Part shown: positions 62,665 to 64,000 of the stretch, piece after piece | Numbering within the stretch: the first letter of the stretch is position 1 | Layout: each line of letters starts with the position of its first letter | DNA from: Granulicella sp. | GTDB lineage: Bacteria; Acidobacteriota; Terriglobia; Terriglobales; Acidobacteriaceae | Direction of reading: 5' to 3' | NCBI GenBank assembly: GCA_003138795.1 | Contig: PLHC01000062.1 | Coordinates: 31,410 to 95,409, forward strand | Length of the DNA stretch: 64,000 bases | The notes under the pieces: generated by a model | What the model was told of the DNA's origin: nothing | What the model saw: only the letters and a program-made list of their open reading frames with translations | Database searches by the model: none | Program-made: the position numbers and the translations under genes

Positions 62665-63702
62665 ATGAGATCGACAAGCGCCCGCCAAACAAGCGAGAAG
62701 AACCGCACGATCCAGTTTTTGCGACTCTTCCTGATGGCGCTGCTTCTCGGTTCTGGCGCGCGGAATTTGCACGCAGCGGATGGTGCAGCAGGAGATCACG
62801 CGACACCAGAGCGTCAGGCGGCAGAACAATTGTTAATGCAGGGTCGGATTGATCAAGCCGTTGCCTCATTCCAGCGCATCCTATCGGCAAATCCGAAGGA
62901 CGGGCAGGCCTATCTGCTGCTCTGCCGAAGCTTTTATGCGGAGGAGCGACAGGATGAGGCGATCGCTGCCTGCGAGAACGCAGTGCAGACGCTCCCACGC
63001 AGCAGCGAGGCGCAGGACTGGATGGGGAGAGCATACGGGATGAAGGCGAACCACGCAGGTCCGATCGCTGGCTTCAACCTGGCGCGCAAGGTGAAAGCGG
63101 CGTTTGAGACAGCAGTGGAACTGGATCCAAGGAACGGGGCGGCGATTAATGACCTCAGTGAGTTTTATATCGAAGCTCCAGTAGTTCTTGGCGGTGGCCA
63201 GGATAAGGCTGCCTCACTAGCGGGTCGCGTCGCTGCTCAACTGCCACAGCAGGCACATCGGATTCTCGCGCTGGCTGCGGAAAGGCGTAAGGATTACGGC
63301 ACCGCAGAGCGCGAGTTCAAGGCGGCTGTCGAGGTTGCCAATCATCCCGATGCCTGGGCCGATCTGGGTGCGTTCTATATACGGCGCGCGCAAGCCGATA
63401 GGGCTGTGGACGCGCTCAAACAATGCCTCGCGATCGACAGGGCTAAGGATGCAGCCATCGTCGATGCAGCCAGCCTTTTGGACAGTATCCATCGTGAGCC
63501 GCGGCTGGCAGAGCAAGCGTTGCGACAATATCTAGAGAGCAATGCGAAGAGTGACGCAGCACCCGTAATCAAGGTGCATGTAATGCTGGGTAAGCTGCTG
63601 GCCGACGCGGGAGACAAAGCGGGAGCTAAGATCGAATTTGACAAGGCGCTGGCGATGGCGTCGAGTTATGCTCCGGCTAAGCAGGCCCTGCAGGAGTTGT
63701 AA
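62665..63702 (+). CDS. TPR-repeat protein, secreted
   Basis: Signal peptide (LLGSGARNLHA) and several TPR-like helix pairs. Sits between the adaptor and the outer-membrane factor gene. Confidence 0.65.
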   Translation: MRSTSARQTSEKNRTIQFLRLFLMALLLGSGARNLHAADGAAGDHATPERQAAEQLLMQGRIDQAVASFQRILSANPKDGQAYLLLCRSFYAEERQDEAIAACENAVQTLPRSSEAQDWMGRAYGMKANHAGPIAGFNLARKVKAAFETAVELDPRNGAAINDLSEFYIEAPVVLGGGQDKAASLAGRVAAQLPQQAHRILALAAERRKDYGTAEREFKAAVEVANHPDAWADLGAFYIRRAQADRAVDALKQCLAIDRAKDAAIVDAASLLDSIHREPRLAEQALRQYLESNAKSDAAPVIKVHVMLGKLLADAGDKAGAKIEFDKALAMASSYAPAKQALQEL

Positions 63703-63750
63703 TGCCGTTTAGGTGCCGTTGAGACGTACGCTAAAGAACCGAGGGACAGG

Positions 63751-64000
63751 ATGCGCGTGAGGACGAGATTGGCGACGTGGTTCACGATGCTGACGGCGTT
63801 TGCCGCCGGCGCCTCTGCGCAGATATCGCTTGGTTCTGCAGTCGATCTGGCGCTGCGCAGCGACCCCAGGGTGAAGATGTCTGAGGCCACGGTAAAGAAG
63901 GCGCAGGCGGCGCTGAACGAGACCTACGATGTCTATATCCCCACCGTCAACGCAAACGCAGGCTATGGGCAGGGTTTCGGTGTCCCAACGGGTTTGCCCA
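63751..64000 (+). CDS. TolC-family outer membrane efflux protein (N-terminal part, runs off right edge)
   Basis: Own translation: MRVRTRLATWFTMLTAFAAGASAQISLGSAVDLALRSDPRVKMSEATVKKAQAALNETYDVYIPTVNANAGYG. The signal peptide plus L..A..LAL..(N/D)P......A is the typical OMF start. Confidence 0.65.
   Translation, partial: MRVRTRLATWFTMLTAFAAGASAQISLGSAVDLALRSDPRVKMSEATVKKAQAALNETYDVYIPTVNANAGYGQGFGVPTGLP

Noticed and set aside
62036-63034. 332-aa minus-strand ORF, together with similar long antisense ORFs at 4960..5799(-), 13913..14878(-), 30047..31039(+), 20413..21219(-) and 10172..10987(-)
   Set aside because: Each is fully overlapped by a gene with clear family motifs on the other strand. 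The compositions are Arg/Ser/Pro-biased with no motifs, so they are treated as non-coding shadows.

Overview
High-GC bacterial chromosomal window. Gene content and protein style suggest an Acidobacteriota (Terriglobia-like) genome; this is inference only and no search was possible. Positions 1-25 kb hold housekeeping genes: lpxD, tmk, a P450, holB, an Hfq-like protein, sua5/tsaC, tonB, ileS-lspA, uvrA, lgt, hpt, aroA, a GT9 heptosyltransferase-like gene and miaB. Positions 25.4-31.7 kb hold a leucine/ketone-body catabolic block: methylcrotonyl-CoA carboxylase beta, isovaleryl-CoA dehydrogenase, HMG-CoA lyase, enoyl-CoA hydratase and convergent CoA-transferase A/B. This is followed by a decayed fumarylacetoacetase gene and a CHAD protein. 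An intact IS3 (IS407-group) element with a 4-bp target duplication sits at 33.0-34.3 kb. It is followed by a complete minus-strand Tad/Flp pilus locus at 34.5-48.7 kb, with two flp genes, cpaC, cpaB, tadE x2, tadG, tadC, tadB, cpaF, cpaE/tadZ and cpaA. That locus ends in a patch of IS1595/IS110 remnants and an adjacent sigma-54 enhancer-binding protein. The right part carries a GT-C-like membrane protein, a frameshifted NUDIX gene, a DedA-rhodanese fusion, an ADH fragment, a thioesterase, an MFS transporter, YceI, tRNA-Glu(CUC), a DUF507 pair, recJ and an HlyD/TPR/TolC efflux set. The most notable observations are listed here. (1) A DUF192-PilZ fusion and a second DUF192 paralogue lie inside the tad locus. 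(2) Three correctly spaced sigma-54 -24/-12 motifs precede tad transcription units next to the EBP. (3) The tad block is bracketed by IS elements and is more AT-rich, with several gene remnants. (4) A structured dispersed repeat of about 290 bp occurs in three copies, with an associated hairpin plus purine-rich tandem module. No CRISPR array or rRNA was seen.
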